The notes: a model not told the origin generated them from the sequence alone. A DNA stretch of 64,000 nucleotides from Oikopleura dioica (GCA_907165135.1 OU015567.1:8866001-8930000), one strand, 5' to 3'. Counted from the stretch's first letter, positions 12,860-26,380 are shown. Numbers and translations are program-made.

Positions 12860-13037
12860 GTTGGTAACTGAGCGTGAGCAAGCGGAGCTGCCTCTCAAGC
12901 TCCGCTCGTTCCGAGAGACACCCTCCGCTCAGCGGGTATCCACTCATGTAAGCTCACTGGAAATCTTTCACCTCACTTTCGGGTGATGGTGAAAGAATGA
13001 ACTTGGAACTTTGATTCAACTTCAAATAATTTAGATT

Positions 13038-13720
13038 TTATTTTGGAAATATCTTTGCCAAATTGAGACAGAAATAAATAACGCCTCCACTGAAGAGAGC
13101 GACAGTAACGACAATGATGAGCAGATCCTCTGTCGGCATTTGAATCTGAAAATCGGATTGTTATTCAACTCTCAAATCTAACCCTGTATCTCCTTTCATC
13201 GCTTTTGAATATATGCCGCAATTCTAAATCGACCTTTTTGAAATTTTTCCAACAAGTTTTTATCATAAACTTCGAAATAAACGAAATTCGCTGGGATTAG
13301 TTTTTATTGTAAACATTCTGTTTCATTGAACGGCTAAAGCGTTAATTTGTTGACGAGCGAAACCGTTTCAACTTTTTCTTTCTAGCGCTAATTGATGGTA
13401 ACTTGATTAATTTTTACGCTGCGACGATTTTCGTCAACCATCAACAAAAAAGATAACGAGCTCTAAAAGTGAACTTACCTCTGTGATGGATTGACTGCCG
13501 CTATCAAAAGCGATGGTGCTCAAACCGAGTCCTCTGAGAAACACTCCTCCTTGTCCCTGCTCTTCCATCTTCTCTGCAGAATCTACAAGTATCCCTATCA
13601 TCTCTAAAAAGATATTCTTTTCCTACTTGATCTGGTCAGTTCAATAGCCCATTCAGCGTAGCGACGATTTCTGATCGAGCTGGGTAAGTACATAGAAAAA
13701 TAGACGGCCGGCGCAGTGTT
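13038..13720 (-). CDS. Hypothetical multi-exon protein with C-terminal transmembrane segment (5' end unresolved)
   Basis: Exon ILVDSAEKMEEQGQGGVFLRGLGLSTIAFDSGSQSITE ends at a GTAAG donor. The last exon after TTTCAG reads IQMPTEDLLIIVVTVALFSGGVIYFCLNLAKIFPK*. Confidence 0.4.
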
Positions 13721-14236
13721 GGAAAAAAGGTTGAAAGATAGAACAAACAGCTAGAGTTAGGTACTGATTCGATCTGAAACGAGACGATCAAGTACAGGGG
13801 GAGTGGAACTCAAACAAATGATGATCGAAATCAAGTGATCTAAGCGTCTTCTCAGACCTATTTGAACCCTTTCCAGTCATGTCGAAATGACACGTTCTAG
13901 GGAAATGATTGAATATCCGCAGGTTCTTGGTTTATTGCCAATGAATACGGGAATCTCATTCTAGTTCTTGTGTTATGCGGCATAACTTATGCCTTACAAA
14001 AATTTCCTTCGTATATGTATTGATATGACATAAGCAGCAGCGCAAGCTTCGTAAGAATTATTCCTCAGTATGAGTTAAAACTAAATATTTCTCCCCTCAT
14101 ATTTTTGTTAAAAACTGACGGAGCATCTCCGTTCAACTCAACACAAGAAAGTACTCGCGCGCGCCCTCTGAGCGATCCTAATATAAAACCTTTCCGTTAT
14201 CTTTTTAAGATCCTTTATTCCAAAATAAAAAGAGAA

Positions 14237-16050
14237 ATGAAGATATTCTCACTTTTAATCGGAGGAATAATTTCACAAAGAGTCGACGAAAATGCGTCCG
14301 AGCTCTTCAAAAAGCTCAAAAAGAGAATCGAATTGATGGAGGAGCCTGGATCTGCGATAATATCTACCAGCCGAATAGTAGTTACAGTTGTACGGGAACA
14401 TGTGATGACGGGAGTGAGCTGAACGCGAGGATTGCTGTTGAATGCCCTAGAAACATTTGGCAAAATCCAGTGATTGAGAAAAATTTCCTGTTCACGCCTT
14501 CCTGTAGTTCGTTGGCAAGATCATCGAGAACTTCAACGAAATGCAGCGACTTCATAGACATAGCCGTCGAAGGCGGATTCATCAAAAAGACTGGAGACTG
14601 GAAAGGAAAAGTTATATTTTACAATCTGTTCTGCGGGGAAACGCTAGAAACTGCAGTGCTGAAGGAGCCGAAGCATAAATTCCAATGCAAAACGAAGCGG
14701 CCATTTCTGAAAGCATTGGACGGTGCGAATAAAAACGCCTGTGTTCCACCAAAACCAAAGGTCAAACACTGCCTGGATGAAGAAACATTGAAAGAGATTC
14801 ATGACATCGGAGATGGAACCTGGTCTTGTAATGGGAGAACAAGGAGATCGACATGTACTGCAATGTGTAATCATCCCCATGCGTCCGCAAACTTGGTCGT
14901 CAAATGCATTAGAGGCAACGTTCTATCTATCTGGTCAGGGACGAAAGGCAGCAAATGCGAGTTGCCAGTCGTCGATGAAACCTTTCTACAGCCGTTGAAG
15001 GCGATGCCGGAGCTGAAAAGCTGTGATGGAACTACCCATGGAGTCGGTGAAATGCCTTGGGTAGAAGAACTGAATATCACAACGGTAAACCACTGAATTT
15101 AACATCGTTTTCAGCACAAATTTTCAGATAAACGGTGATGACGTTACCTGCCGGGCTTCTCCTATAAACACCAACTGGTTGATGACATCTGCCAGTTGCT
15201 GCCACAAGGCTGCGGAAATCAAAAGATCTACTGACGGAACGAATCACGCTGAAAAGCACATCCATTCGTTCTGGAATGACCGAACTGACGGAACGCTCAG
15301 AAATCACGACTTCTGTCTCGTAAAATACGAAACACCGCACAATATTCCTGTCCCTTGTTTGGGTAAAGAGCAGCCGCCATTAGGCGCAGCTTGCTGGGCT
15401 TTTGGAGAGAATTACGGAGCAGGAACGGGTCATGAAATTTTATAATCAATAGTGATAAGCAAGGACCTTGCTGCAAGGTGATGCTTGTACCCCATGAGTC
15501 AATGGGCCCTTCACGTTTCTGACAGCTTTCGGTTTTGTTGAATAGTGCTTTGTTTATGAAAATAACACGAGATTCATATTAACAAGGACGATGCCTGACG
15601 CCGTGCCCGTTTTTTAGAAATGGCCAACAAATAGATAAATTCTTATCGATGTTAGGTTAAATATTCACATTATGTTGTGACTAATATGATATTCAAATGA
15701 ACAATTTCTGATCCAAGGTAAAAGCTGCTGTTAACTACTTGGGTACAGACTATTGTCAAGTTAAATCCGCAGTAAAGACCGAAAATGCCGAACTTTGCGT
15801 TGGAATCAGAGACGACAACCAAAACTTCATGGTTGATATTTTGCCTGCTAAGCTTGTCAGAGGAACTCCTCTTATCTGCGATATCGGTAAGATTGATTAA
15901 ATCGGACGACTGGCTAATTATTTTCAAGATGGAAATGCTGTTCTTTACGGAACTGGATCCATTGTTGACGACTGCAATAGCTTAGAAAACTTCCCTGCTA
16001 TCTTCACTGACTTGTCCGAAGCGAGTGACTGGATGCATACGATTTTATAA
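14237..16050 (+). CDS. Secreted Cys-rich protein with C-terminal trypsin-like serine-protease homologue domain (catalytically inactive)
   Basis: Signal-like MKIFSLLIGGIIS. Trypsin-fold motifs: CRASPINTNWLMTSASC, HDFCLVK, PCL, ELCVG, RGTPLIC, LYGTGS..C...PAIFTDLSEASDWMHTIL*. Confidence 0.7.
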
Positions 16051-16366
16051 GCCTTTTATGGAAATATAGTTTTTCAATTTTATATTCTGTAAATAAAGAA
16101 AACTCGTCGCCTAATTCTTTGATTTATCTGATAAGTTGAGTTTGTTGATTTATTTATCAATAGGAAAGTTTGTTGCAAAGTTCTGAAAAATGATGAATTT
16201 TGAACTATTGTAGGAGGTTGAAGACAAATCTTTGATGTTCAAAAACAAGATGATTGGAAATTCTGCTTGTTAATTATAAATAAATAAGGACGGACTTGCT
16301 TCCAGCGAAACAAACACAGGTAAAGATGAAGCGTTTTCTTCCACAGTCACAGTACGTTCGAGCGTA

Positions 16367-17882
16367 TTACAAGTCGAGCAACAGTCGTCGTGGGTCTTCG
16401 ATCTTTTGCTTGATGCCCTTGAGGAAGGTGACGGCTTCACGGCCATCGACCAGTCTGTGGTCGTAAGTAAGGGCGACATACATCATTGGTCGAATCTAGA
16501 TTTCAACATAAATGACGGCGGGGGATTAGACTTTCTCACCTCAACTTTGCCGTTGACAGCGACGGGTCTATCAAAGACACCGTGCATGCCGAGAATGCCG
16601 GACTGAGGAGGGTTGATGATGGGCGTTCCGAAGAGGGAGCCAAAGACGCCACCGTTGGAGATGGTGAAAGTGCCGCCTTCCATGTCTTCAATAGCGAGGT
16701 TTCCAGCTCTTGCGAGGCCGGAGAGTCGGGCGAGTTCTCGTTCAATCTAGGTTAAAACTCATTTTGGGAATAGATGAAGTGGACATACGTCGAGGAGAGA
16801 CATGGATTCCACGTTTCGGATGACGGGGACAACAAGGCCCTTGGGAGTAGCGGCGGCGAAGGAGATGTCGGTGTAGTCGCGGAAGATTATTTCGTTGGTA
16901 GCATCGTCGATGACAGCGTTGATTGCTGGCTCCTTGACTAGGCCGACGGACGAAGCCTTGATGAAAGCGGACATGAAGCCGAGTCGAGAATCGTGCTCCT
17001 TTTCGAACAGATCCTAAGATAATTAGAAAAGTAGATTTCTTGCAGTTGTTTTTACCTTGTATTCCTTTCGCATCGCCATAATACCAGACATGTCAATTTC
17101 GTTGAAAGTAGTGAGCATAGCAGCAGTGTTCTGGGCGGACTTGAGTCGCTGAGCAATTCGAAGTCGCATTCGGTTCATCTTAACTCGTCGTTCTCCTCGG
17201 TTTCCTCCAGCAGCAGGGGCTTCGGCAGCGGGAGTGGGCTGTAAACAAAGGTTTTCTTTTTAATTTTTTGGAAGGTTACCTTAACATCGGCGGTCTTGGT
17301 GGTAGAAACAGGCGCGGTTGGGACAGCAGATGGAGTTGGGGCGGCGGTTGGGATAGGTGCAGCTACGGGAGCAGCGGCGGCGGGAGCTTCTTCTAAAGAG
17401 AAAACATAGCTGGAGAATGAAAGAAATTTTGGGTACCTTTCTTTGCTGGAGCAGCTTCTTTCTTAGGAGCTGGAGCACCTTCGCCTTCTTCCATTTCAAA
17501 AAGAGGAGTTCCGGGGGTGACAGTTTCTCCATCTTCAACGAGGAGCTATGATTTCGGATGAATTTGCGAGTTCACATTAGAATCCTACCTTGGTAACAAC
17601 ACCTGCAGTAGGGGCATTGATAGGCAAAGAGGTCTTATCGGTTTCGACTTCGCCAACAGTTTCATCTGGCTGCACAGAATCACCGACCTCCTTGATCCAG
17701 GAAATGTCACCTTCGGAGATTGAGTCGGCAAAAGCGGGACACTCGATGATCTTGGCGAGGAGCTCGGGAGACATGTGAAGGGAGCGGGACATGCTGACGC
17801 TGTCCAGCTGGAGCATGGCGCGCGAAACACGAGCCGAGTGGCTCATGAAACGCGGCGTCAGTTTTCGACACTGGTGCCACAT
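16367..17882 (-). CDS. DLST: Dihydrolipoamide succinyltransferase (2-oxoglutarate dehydrogenase E2)
   Basis: Lipoyl domain [17 protein letters not shown]; catalytic domain [55 protein letters not shown]. Confidence 0.97.
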
Positions 17883-18131
17883 TCTAAAGCGCTGCTGTTG
17901 AGATAGGAAGCAAGTAAATGAGTTTGAAGGTTAATTTACGACTAGAAGTTTGCTCCTGTGCTGGTGGAAGGGTCAAATTCTTCCTTGAGACACAAAATAC
18001 AGTAGTTGACAAGATTTTCGTTAAAAGATGTGTTGCTTTCTTGAAGGAATGTGAAGAAACTAGTGTAGATTTTTGAAGATCTAGAGTTTGACTGAATCTT
18101 TGAAGGGGCTCTCAAACAATCCATTATTATT

Positions 18132-19453
18132 TTAATGAAGAGCAAATTCATTGATCCAGATTGAGTAACCCTTGCCTAAAATTGCACAAACAGTCTCGAG
18201 GCCAGAATCAATATGGTCCGTCATCTTTGGTGAATTTTTCTTTGGGCAGGCGTCGGAAACTTCTACCTTGGATTTTTCGTACTTGTCCGTGAGTTTTTCT
18301 TTCGCCCATTTTACTAGTTTGAAGCAGCTTTCTTTATCCTCTGTTGTCACTCCCTTTAGGCTAAAAAAGAAAAACGTTAGCTCTCAAAAAAGGGGGCTTG
18401 GTTTACCCTCTGAGCGTCTCGCAGACTGTGACTAATCCAAGGAGCGCTCTGTTTGAGCTGTTTCCTGAGAGGCGAGCAGCTTGACAGAAGTGCATTTTGG
18501 AAATGAGATAATTCTCAGCGCCGCCAATTGTGTATCGAACTTCCGCGTATCTCTGGAAAAAAGGAGCGAGTTTTAGTATTTTATTTTATTTTCATGGTAC
18601 CTGGTGGTATAAATAATTCGCGGGGGAGATGAGAATGAGCTCTTCGAAGCAATAAGCAGCTTTTTCGTACTCATACTCGCTGAGGTACAGTTCTGCTAGT
18701 TCAAGCCACGCCTCATTGTCGCATTTGTACGTTTCCAAGTACGATACAAGCAACTATAGAAACGTTTTATTTCTTAAACAAGCTCGGCCGCGAAGAAGTA
18801 CCTTAACGGCTTCGACAGTTTTTCCATTAGTTTTGTACATGCTGATAAGCCGTTTCGTCATCGCTGCATCGCCTGGGTTTTCCTCCAGCATCTCTCTTGA
18901 AAAATCGATTCGATTCAATGAAAAGCTCTTTGAAAAGACTCACTTGTAGAGTTCTTCCGCTTCTGCCAATTCTCCATCTGCTTCGTGGAGAACTCCAATC
19001 AGTCTGTAAACTCTCTTCGACTCCGGAAACTGCTCCTTGATTTGGCGAAGGTAGGAAAGGCCGATGTCGTTGATTCCCAAGTCGATGCAGGCGAAGAACA
19101 TTTGCTCGTAGACGTCCCAGACTTCGTTGCCGAGTTTTGAGGAGTAATTGTCGCACATGTACTTTCCCAGTTTGTAGGTAACTGTTGCATTTCTATTAAA
19201 AATAATATTAATTTTATAAAATAAGGAGAATCTCCTTAGAGATATTGTTATATTAACTAATTTAGATAATAATTGATCAATTAAAATTTATATTTATCAA
19301 AATTGTCTATCAAAAATTGATAAAATTACCCATTTTATCAAAAAAATTTAATCTTTCCTACCTAGTGCCATTTTCTCTAAATTTTCTCAGCGTCTTCCTA
19401 AGTTCGCCAAAGCTCATTTCTGCAGCATCCGTACTACTGTTAATTCCTTCCAT
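18132..19453 (-). CDS. EMC2: ER membrane protein complex subunit 2 (TTC35, TPR protein)
   Basis: KLGNEVWDVYEQMFFACID..QFPESKRVYRLIGVLHEA; DNEAWLELAELYLSEYEYEKAAYCFEELILISP; RYAEVRYTIGG..NRALLGL. Confidence 0.92.
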
Positions 19454-19606
19454 CTTCTTCAACCCTCTTTTTTGAAAGTTCGTTTCTCTTTCGACCCGTT
19501 TTCGTCGATGAAAAATTGGCGCGGCGCTTTTTTGGCCAATCAGCGCGTCAATTTCCGAGGCAAAAATTGATCACTGCGGAATTGGCAGAATCTTCAAAGA
19601 GAGAAT
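19454..19606. promoter_or_regulatory. Probable bidirectional promoter between EMC2 and MEMO1
   Basis: Only 153 bp separate divergent ATGs; the gap contains TTGGCGCGGCG (E2F-like) and a CCAAT box (GGCCAATCAG). Confidence 0.55.
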
Positions 19607-20744
19607 ATGGTGAACAGAAGAGCTTCGCATGCAGGATCTTGGTATTCTGGAGATCCAAGAGAATTGAAAAATCAACTGAAGAATTGGCTCGAAAAAACGA
19701 AATTTGAGGTACGTTTTCAGTCTTATTCTCCCCGATAATTCTATAACTGCCTTTTATCCACCAACATTTTTCAACCTTACGTAAACATCTTTCCTCTAGA
19801 ATTCTTTCTAGAAAAAAGCCAAAGCCGTGATCGTGCCCCATGCTGGCTACGCCTATTCTGGTCCAACTGCTGCTTGGAGTTTTGCTCAAATCGACGCTCA
19901 AACGACCAAGAAAGTCTTTATCATCGGACCATCCCATCATGTTTATCTTCCGAATTGTGCACTTCCAGTTGTGAAAGAATACGAAACGCCGCTGGGAAAT
20001 TTGAAGATTGACAAGGATATTTTAAATGAGCTTCAATCTACCGGTATATTCACGGTATATACAAGATATTGCCATAAATTGATGTCCCCTGATTTCAAAT
20101 GACCATAATTCAAGGCTTATTCTGCACGATGGATCCTTCAACAGACGAAGACGAGCACTCAATCGAAATGCAACTGCCATACCTCGCTCATCTCTTCCAA
20201 AACCGCCTTCAAGAAGTCACATTTGTCCCGATCATGGTCGGCTCAGTGAAGGAAGAAAAAGAAGCGCAGTACGGGCAAGTTCTGGCAAAATATCTAAATG
20301 ATCCAGACATTGCTTTTGTTATTTCTTCGGACTTTTGGTAAGCCCAAATCTTTCTTCTCCATAATCAGCGTATTCGTAGCCATTGGGGAAAGAGATTCAG
20401 ATATACGTTTCGTTTGGAAGAATACGAGCAGATCTACGAATCGATCGAGGCTGTCGATCGAGAGGGAATGGACCTGATAGAAACGAAAAGCCTATCGAAC
20501 TTTCACGATTATCTCCGTCGAACGAAAAACACAATTTGCGGTCGAAATCCTATATGTTTGCTTCTAGCCACAATAAATTATCTTGAGCAAAAGGTAAACC
20601 CTGGAAATCCGGCATATTTCTACTCGAAAATTCTAGGGCCAGATGCAGTCGAAAATCAAGTTTTTAAAGTACGACCAGTCGAGTCAAGTTCGTTCGCCAA
20701 ATGATTCCTCTGTTTCTTACGCTTCTGCTGTCTGTTATATTTGA
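19607..20744 (+). CDS. MEMO1: Protein MEMO1
   Basis: RRASHAGSWY; IVPHAGYAYSG; VFIIGPSHH; DEDEHSIEMQLPY; ISSDF; NTICGRNPI; DSSVSYAS. Confidence 0.96.
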
Positions 20745-21105
20745 GTTGGAAATTCTTACTGCTACAGTCTGTAGTTCCGAGATTAGTATTCATATAACTT
20801 CACGACACCACAAGATTCACGTTCTAACATACTGTGCGGCACAGTCTGTGCCCAATACACTTCAATGTTTTCGGTATTTTCATCGGTAAATCACCTCTCT
20901 AGGTGATTGTTCTCTGAAAAGTTCGGGTTTGAGTCTCATTGAGGGCAAGTATGTCCTACATCACCCGGCGGTTGAGTACGGTGCCGGTTCGGTAGTAACT
21001 ATTGGATTTGATATAATCTTCGACTACTAGTTGTTGAATTAGACAACACATATTTTTGGTGGAGCTAAAAAGTAGAACATATCCTTATGGTGTTTTTTCC
21101 TCAGA

Positions 21106-22544
21106 ATGCCTCGGAAAATCTGTGAAAATTGCAACGAAAGAGCAGCTTGTGTTCTTCGATATGATCGGAGCATCCTTTGCAGGGAGTGCTTTTGCCGAGT
21201 TTTTGAAGAAGAAGGTATTGAATCTCATGTTGCTTTTGCTCAAATCGTTTTAGTTCACCAAACCATCACAAAATACGAGCTATTCAAGCCCGGACAAAAA
21301 GTAGCAATCGGCGCTTCTGGCGGAAAAGACTCGGCAGTGCTCATGCAAGTTATGAAAATCCTTAACGAGCGGTACAACTACGGCTTGACGCTTTATCTAC
21401 TGTCGATTGACGAAGGCATTTCGGGGTACAGAGATCATTCGCTAGAAGAAGTCAAGTTTCACTCGAATAATTACGGACTGGAGCTGAAGATTTTGTCGTA
21501 TAAGGACTTGTACAATTGGTCGATGGATGAAATAGTCGCGGTTGCCGGGAGAAAGTCGAACTGTACGTTTTGCGGCGTTTTCAGGTTTATTCCCGACCAG
21601 TGATTACTCATAACAGCTGATTTTCTAGGCGCCAGGCTTTGGACAGAGGCGCATGGCAGCTGGGAGTGGACATTGTCGCCACAGGCCACAACGGAGATGA
21701 CGTCGCTGAAACTGTCTTGATGAATATGCTCCGTGGAGATGTAGGGCGACTTTCTCGCTGCACTGGTTCGTTCTCTCTCTTTTCGCTATTTTAGACTCAA
21801 TTTTCCTCAATTTAGCAATCACGACGGCGGACGATCCCAGTGGAATACCAAGAGTCAAGCCATTAAAGTATCAGTACGAGGCGGAAATTGTCAAGTACGC
21901 CAGACACTCAAAAGTTCGATATTTTTCGACAGAATGTACTTATGCTCCAGGAGCGCATCGAGGTCACATCAGGTAATTATAAATATTGAATATTCAGACG
22001 TCGGAAAAGTTAATTATTTTCTCGCAATCCAAAATGATTACTGCGCGTTTTTGCGACGGATGAGTAGGCCTTTTCAGAGAATATTTACGCGCCGCTACGA
22101 AAATACGTCCTCATGTCGTTTTGGATATCATCAAAGCTGGAGAGAGTTTCGAAGTCAAAGACGGAGTCAAGGTTAGACAGAATCAGGGAGCCTCTTATCG
22201 ATGAACCTATTTAGCTGCCAATTAAATCGCGCTGCACAAGATGCGATTACATTTCTTCCCAGCCAGTTTGCAAGGCGTGTCTTTTGCTTGAAGGACTCAA
22301 CACGGGCAGACCTCTCCTAGGAATAGGAAAAACAAAAGAAGGAAGAGTCAAGAAATACAAAACCATCAAAATTGAGAGTGGCGAAAAATGTGGGAAGACA
22401 GATGATTGCTGTTCGAAAGAGAAAGAAAAGAAGTGCGAAATTAATGACGATGAAATAGAAACTTGCGGAAATCCTGCAGCAGGTTTGCAGGCAAAAGATT
22501 TGGAGAAACTGAGTATAGCTGCCGAAGCCTCAGATCTGTTCTAA
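21106..22544 (+). CDS. CTU1: Cytoplasmic tRNA 2-thiolation protein 1 (Ncs6/ATPBD3)
   Basis: CENC..CREC zinc motif, [12 protein letters not shown]-loop, [49 protein letters not shown]. Confidence 0.96.
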
Positions 22545-22644
22545 TTTATTCAAGACTGTTCATAGAATATTACTCGGAGCGCTGACACTGATAAGGCTTG
22601 ACGGATCAATCCACATATGTTTTGCGTGACAGTCATCTTTTAGA

Positions 22645-23060
22645 ATGGGCAATCCAGAAGCAGAACCACTTATTCACCAAAATAAGCGGCAAGAGAATAC
22701 TTCAGAGTCTACTGAAGCTCCCCCTGATTATTCTGAAATCTCTACTTTACCAACAGCGCCGACTTTTCCGACAGTTGAAGCTCCATCTGATTTTACAGAA
22801 AATCCCGTCTTTGGTAATGAACCAATTTTGTGCACTTGTCCACACTGCCAATATGAGGTAAATAACAAGATATTTTCGCCTAGTCTACAATAAATCAGGG
22901 AGTTTCTCGAACAGAACATTCGATGGGACTCCTAAATTGGCTTGTCTGCTGCTGCTGCTGTATCTGTGTAGCGTTTTGCAGTGATGGGCTGAAAAATACG
23001 ACGCATTCTTGCTACCGATGTGGAAAAACTATTCGTGTTCATAAACATTTATGCTTGTAA
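22645..23060 (+). CDS. LITAF-domain protein, paralogue 1
   Basis: PPDY and PTAP motifs, CTCPHC, one intron, Cys-rich hydrophobic core WLVCCCCCICVAFC, THSCYRC. Confidence 0.88.
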
Positions 23061-23231
23061 ATAGGCCACATTTTCTCTTCCTTGATTTACTTCTTGATTT
23101 GTCCAACTGTTTTCGTCATTTCTGCCTGTTTCTTCAATGAGTTCCAATTCCAGTTCGATATTTGTACTATAGTACAGAAGATTGAAATCTCTTACAATCA
23201 AATATAATTTCTTAGAGTGTAATCTTTTAGA

Positions 23232-23722
23232 ATGGGTAATCCAGAAGACGAGCCAATAAATAAGCAAAATCATCCCCCAGAGAACTTTTCACAAGCGCCT
23301 AGTGCACCTCCTCCTGCTTATGCAGAAATCGCTTCAGCCTCGATTATTTCTCCACAGCCAGCATTTGCGCCTGGTCATTCTCAAGAAACACCGACAGCTC
23401 CGACAATTCCGATCATTCAAGCGCAACCTAGCGTTACAGTTAACCCTTATTTTGGAAATAAACCGACTTTCTGCACTTGCCATCACTGCCAATATGAGGT
23501 TAATAATAGTTAATAATCACTTCATAAATAAATAAGGGAATTACTCGAACAGAACATTCCACGGGACTGCTAAATTGGCTTGGCTGCTGCTGTACATGTA
23601 TCTTTGGCTGTTTCTGCGGTTGCTGCTTGGTCCCTTTTTGCCTTGACGGATTGAAAAATACAACGCATTATTGTCACCGATGCGGAAGAGTCATTCGCGT
23701 TCATAAACATCTGGGTGTTTAG
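23232..23722 (+). CDS. LITAF-domain protein, paralogue 2
   Basis: PSAPPPAY, PTAP, CTCHHC, GCFCGCCLVPFCLDGLKNTTHYCHRC. Confidence 0.9.
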
Positions 23723-23880
23723 TAGGATAAGAGTACCTTTTGTCTTTCTTGATTTCAACAATTGATTCCATCCCTTGATTCCCTCCACTGTATTATATTT
23801 TCTGTACGTACCTTTTTTCTTCAATCAGTTCCAATTCAAGTTCAATGTTTGTTTCATCAAAATAGTATGTCAGTCTTAGA

Positions 23881-24578
23881 ATGGGAAACCCTGAAGAGCA
23901 GAATCCTGGCTACCCTCATCAAAATCTGATGGGCGCACCAGACCAGCCGTACCCTGCCTCAGCTCCTCCAATGGGCGCTCCTCCAGCATATGGCGATGTC
24001 TACGGAACCCAGCCAGCTCCAATGGGCGGACCTCCTGTTGCAGGTAAAGGCTAATAAGTCTATCTCTATTTATTTCTGTTTCAGGAGCTCCTCCAGTTCA
24101 AACTCAACAACCAGCTTATGCTCCTGGCTATGCTCCTCCTCAGCCGCAAGCTGCCGGTTACGGAACAGCTCCAACAACAGTGATAATCCAGCAACAAGCT
24201 CCGCCAACAATCATCAACCAGCGATTTGGCAGTCAGCCACAGCATTGCATCTGCCCACACTGTCAGCATCAGGTTCTTTGAAATCTCTATATCTGAGGTA
24301 TCAATAAGATTATAAATTATCTGCTTTCTTCTGTACTAATGGTTTTGAAGGGTGTCTCAAAGGTTCATCATGAATCTGGCCTTGGAACCTGGCTTGCTTG
24401 TGGTGGAATTTGCCTCTTTGGTTGCTGGGCCGGATGCTGCCTCATCCCCTTTTGCCTCGACGATCTTAGAGTAAGCTTTGAAATTAAAATGAACAATTTA
24501 AACATTTTATTTTAGGACACAGTTCACAAGTGCGAGAATTGCAACAAGCTGATCCGAGTGAAAAAGCTCATCTCCTAA
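23881..24578 (+). CDS. LITAF-domain protein, paralogue 3 (multi-exon)
   Basis: PPAY motif, CICPHCQHQ, GCWAGCCLIPFCLDDLR DTVHKCENC. Confidence 0.92.
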
Positions 24579-24983
24579 CTCCTTTACTCCTTCCCTACTG
24601 AAAGTACAGCCCCTTTATTCCTATAAGAGCATTAGAAATTGATTTTAATGCCTTTCTTCTTGTACATTTGCCCAATGAATTCAATTCAATTGAAAAAGAA
24701 AATTCCTCGTTTCCAATCATTATTTTCAAAATACTTGAAGGCACGAAATTTCAGAAAAGAAAAGCCTCTTTTAACCATCATCTTTCATAAATATTTTACC
24801 TCGTTCACAATTTTTCTCTCTTATCCATCCGAAGATAAAATGCGTGTTCTCTTCCTTGATTCCATCAAGACCAAGTAGCATTTTTTACTAACATGTACTA
24901 CAACCCATCATTGCTTCTCTCAATAAATACTTCAATAACCAAACAACCGACAAAAACGTCCACTATGTAAGAATGACGCGTGG

Positions 24984-26154
24984 ATGACACAAAATTGCGA
25001 GCCTTGTCAACCCTTTTGTGGACGGAAAGTATGCTCAGAAGATAACTCAACTTCCCTTCAAGAATGCGGCCCCTGCCCCTGGGGCTGGCAGAACACCACG
25101 ATCAACTTGAGCGAATGTTCCATTTGCCAACCATGCTCGGATCAAGTGGATCTTTATGACTGGCTGTTTTTTTGTTTTCATCATGATTGCCGTGTATGGA
25201 ATTCATTTTCAAGCAATCATTCGACTCTCCGGTAGATTAATTCTTCATTATCTCGTAGACACATTTTGTAGTTGGAAACATGAAATTCATGCTTTTCGAA
25301 ATGATGTCTGCTTTTTTCGAAGTTTACTTGGGCTTTTTGGTCACGATTCTTTCTTTTTCTCCTCGTGGCTCGCTTCAATTAACCTCTTGCTACACTTCCG
25401 AGGTAAATTTATCGCACTGTACAATTGTGTCACATCTTTAAAGAAAGTTTATCTGGAGAAATGGTACCCTTTCGTGGATGCAGTTCCTGGAAGATACGAA
25501 CTGTTTCAAAGCCAAAAAAGCGAGTTCAACGGGGAAGGATGTCTATATGAAGTTGTTTATCCCCGATTTTGCCTTCCTCTCTTCTCGATGCTTCTGTCTA
25601 TCGTCCTGACTTTATTCGGCCGGCCAGCATTCCTCTACTTCAGTGGGAAAACTGGCGTAGAAAAACCAATGGAACCATATCTCTTCAGCCCATACCTCGA
25701 AGCGCTTCATAGACTGCCATATGCTATTTTGACATGGATATCAAATACTGATTAGATTAGGAGTTTTCAAAAATATTTGATATCCGATTGGAAGATTTAT
25801 TTTATCTCCTGTGGAGTTCTCTACGTCTCATTTCCCTACGCAGTTCTGATTTTCTCTGTTATCGCTCTCAGGTAAGTCTAAAAAACACCATCCGCTTCTT
25901 CAATCTATTCTAGCGCTTACATAGCTGCCGCAATCCAATCAACTCCATCGCGGAAGATCCCGAAACATGTCCCGTTCATCTACTTGAACATGCTAGCCAT
26001 GCTGTTCGGCCTTGGAGGAGTCATCTACGCGAATGGTTTTTCCTTCTGGTTTCTGTTTCTTTCCACGTTTCCGGCGTTCTTTTTCTTTTCTACTGAAAAA
26101 ATGAGCGATTTACATGTCTTGCGCGCTGAAATGGCTTATACGATCGCTGAATAA
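24984..26154 (+). CDS. JKAMP: JNK1/MAPK8-associated membrane protein; +1 frameshift at a T7 run (25167-25173) as written
   Basis: N-terminal FCGRKV..ECGPCPWG..CQPC..DLYDWL, multiple TM helices, CLYEVVYP, EKMSD. Removing one T gives LYDWLFFVFIMIAVYGIHF, which aligns to JKAMP LYDWLYLGFMAMLPLVLHW. Confidence 0.82.
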
Positions 26155-26380
26155 ATAATAAATTATTCTTAATTTAAAGAATATTTTGATTAATTTGCAT
26201 TTTCTTCGAAACCATGACGACTGACTGAAATGATGAATATCATTTGAAACAAAAGAATAGCAGCACTAGTCTAAGAGCGTCGTAAAATGCTTGGAATAAC
26301 AATAAATTCGCTCGGTCTAGTGATTCTTGTGAGCGTCTTTGGCATTTATCTGAAACAGAGCGCAGAGACACAGTCTAAAA

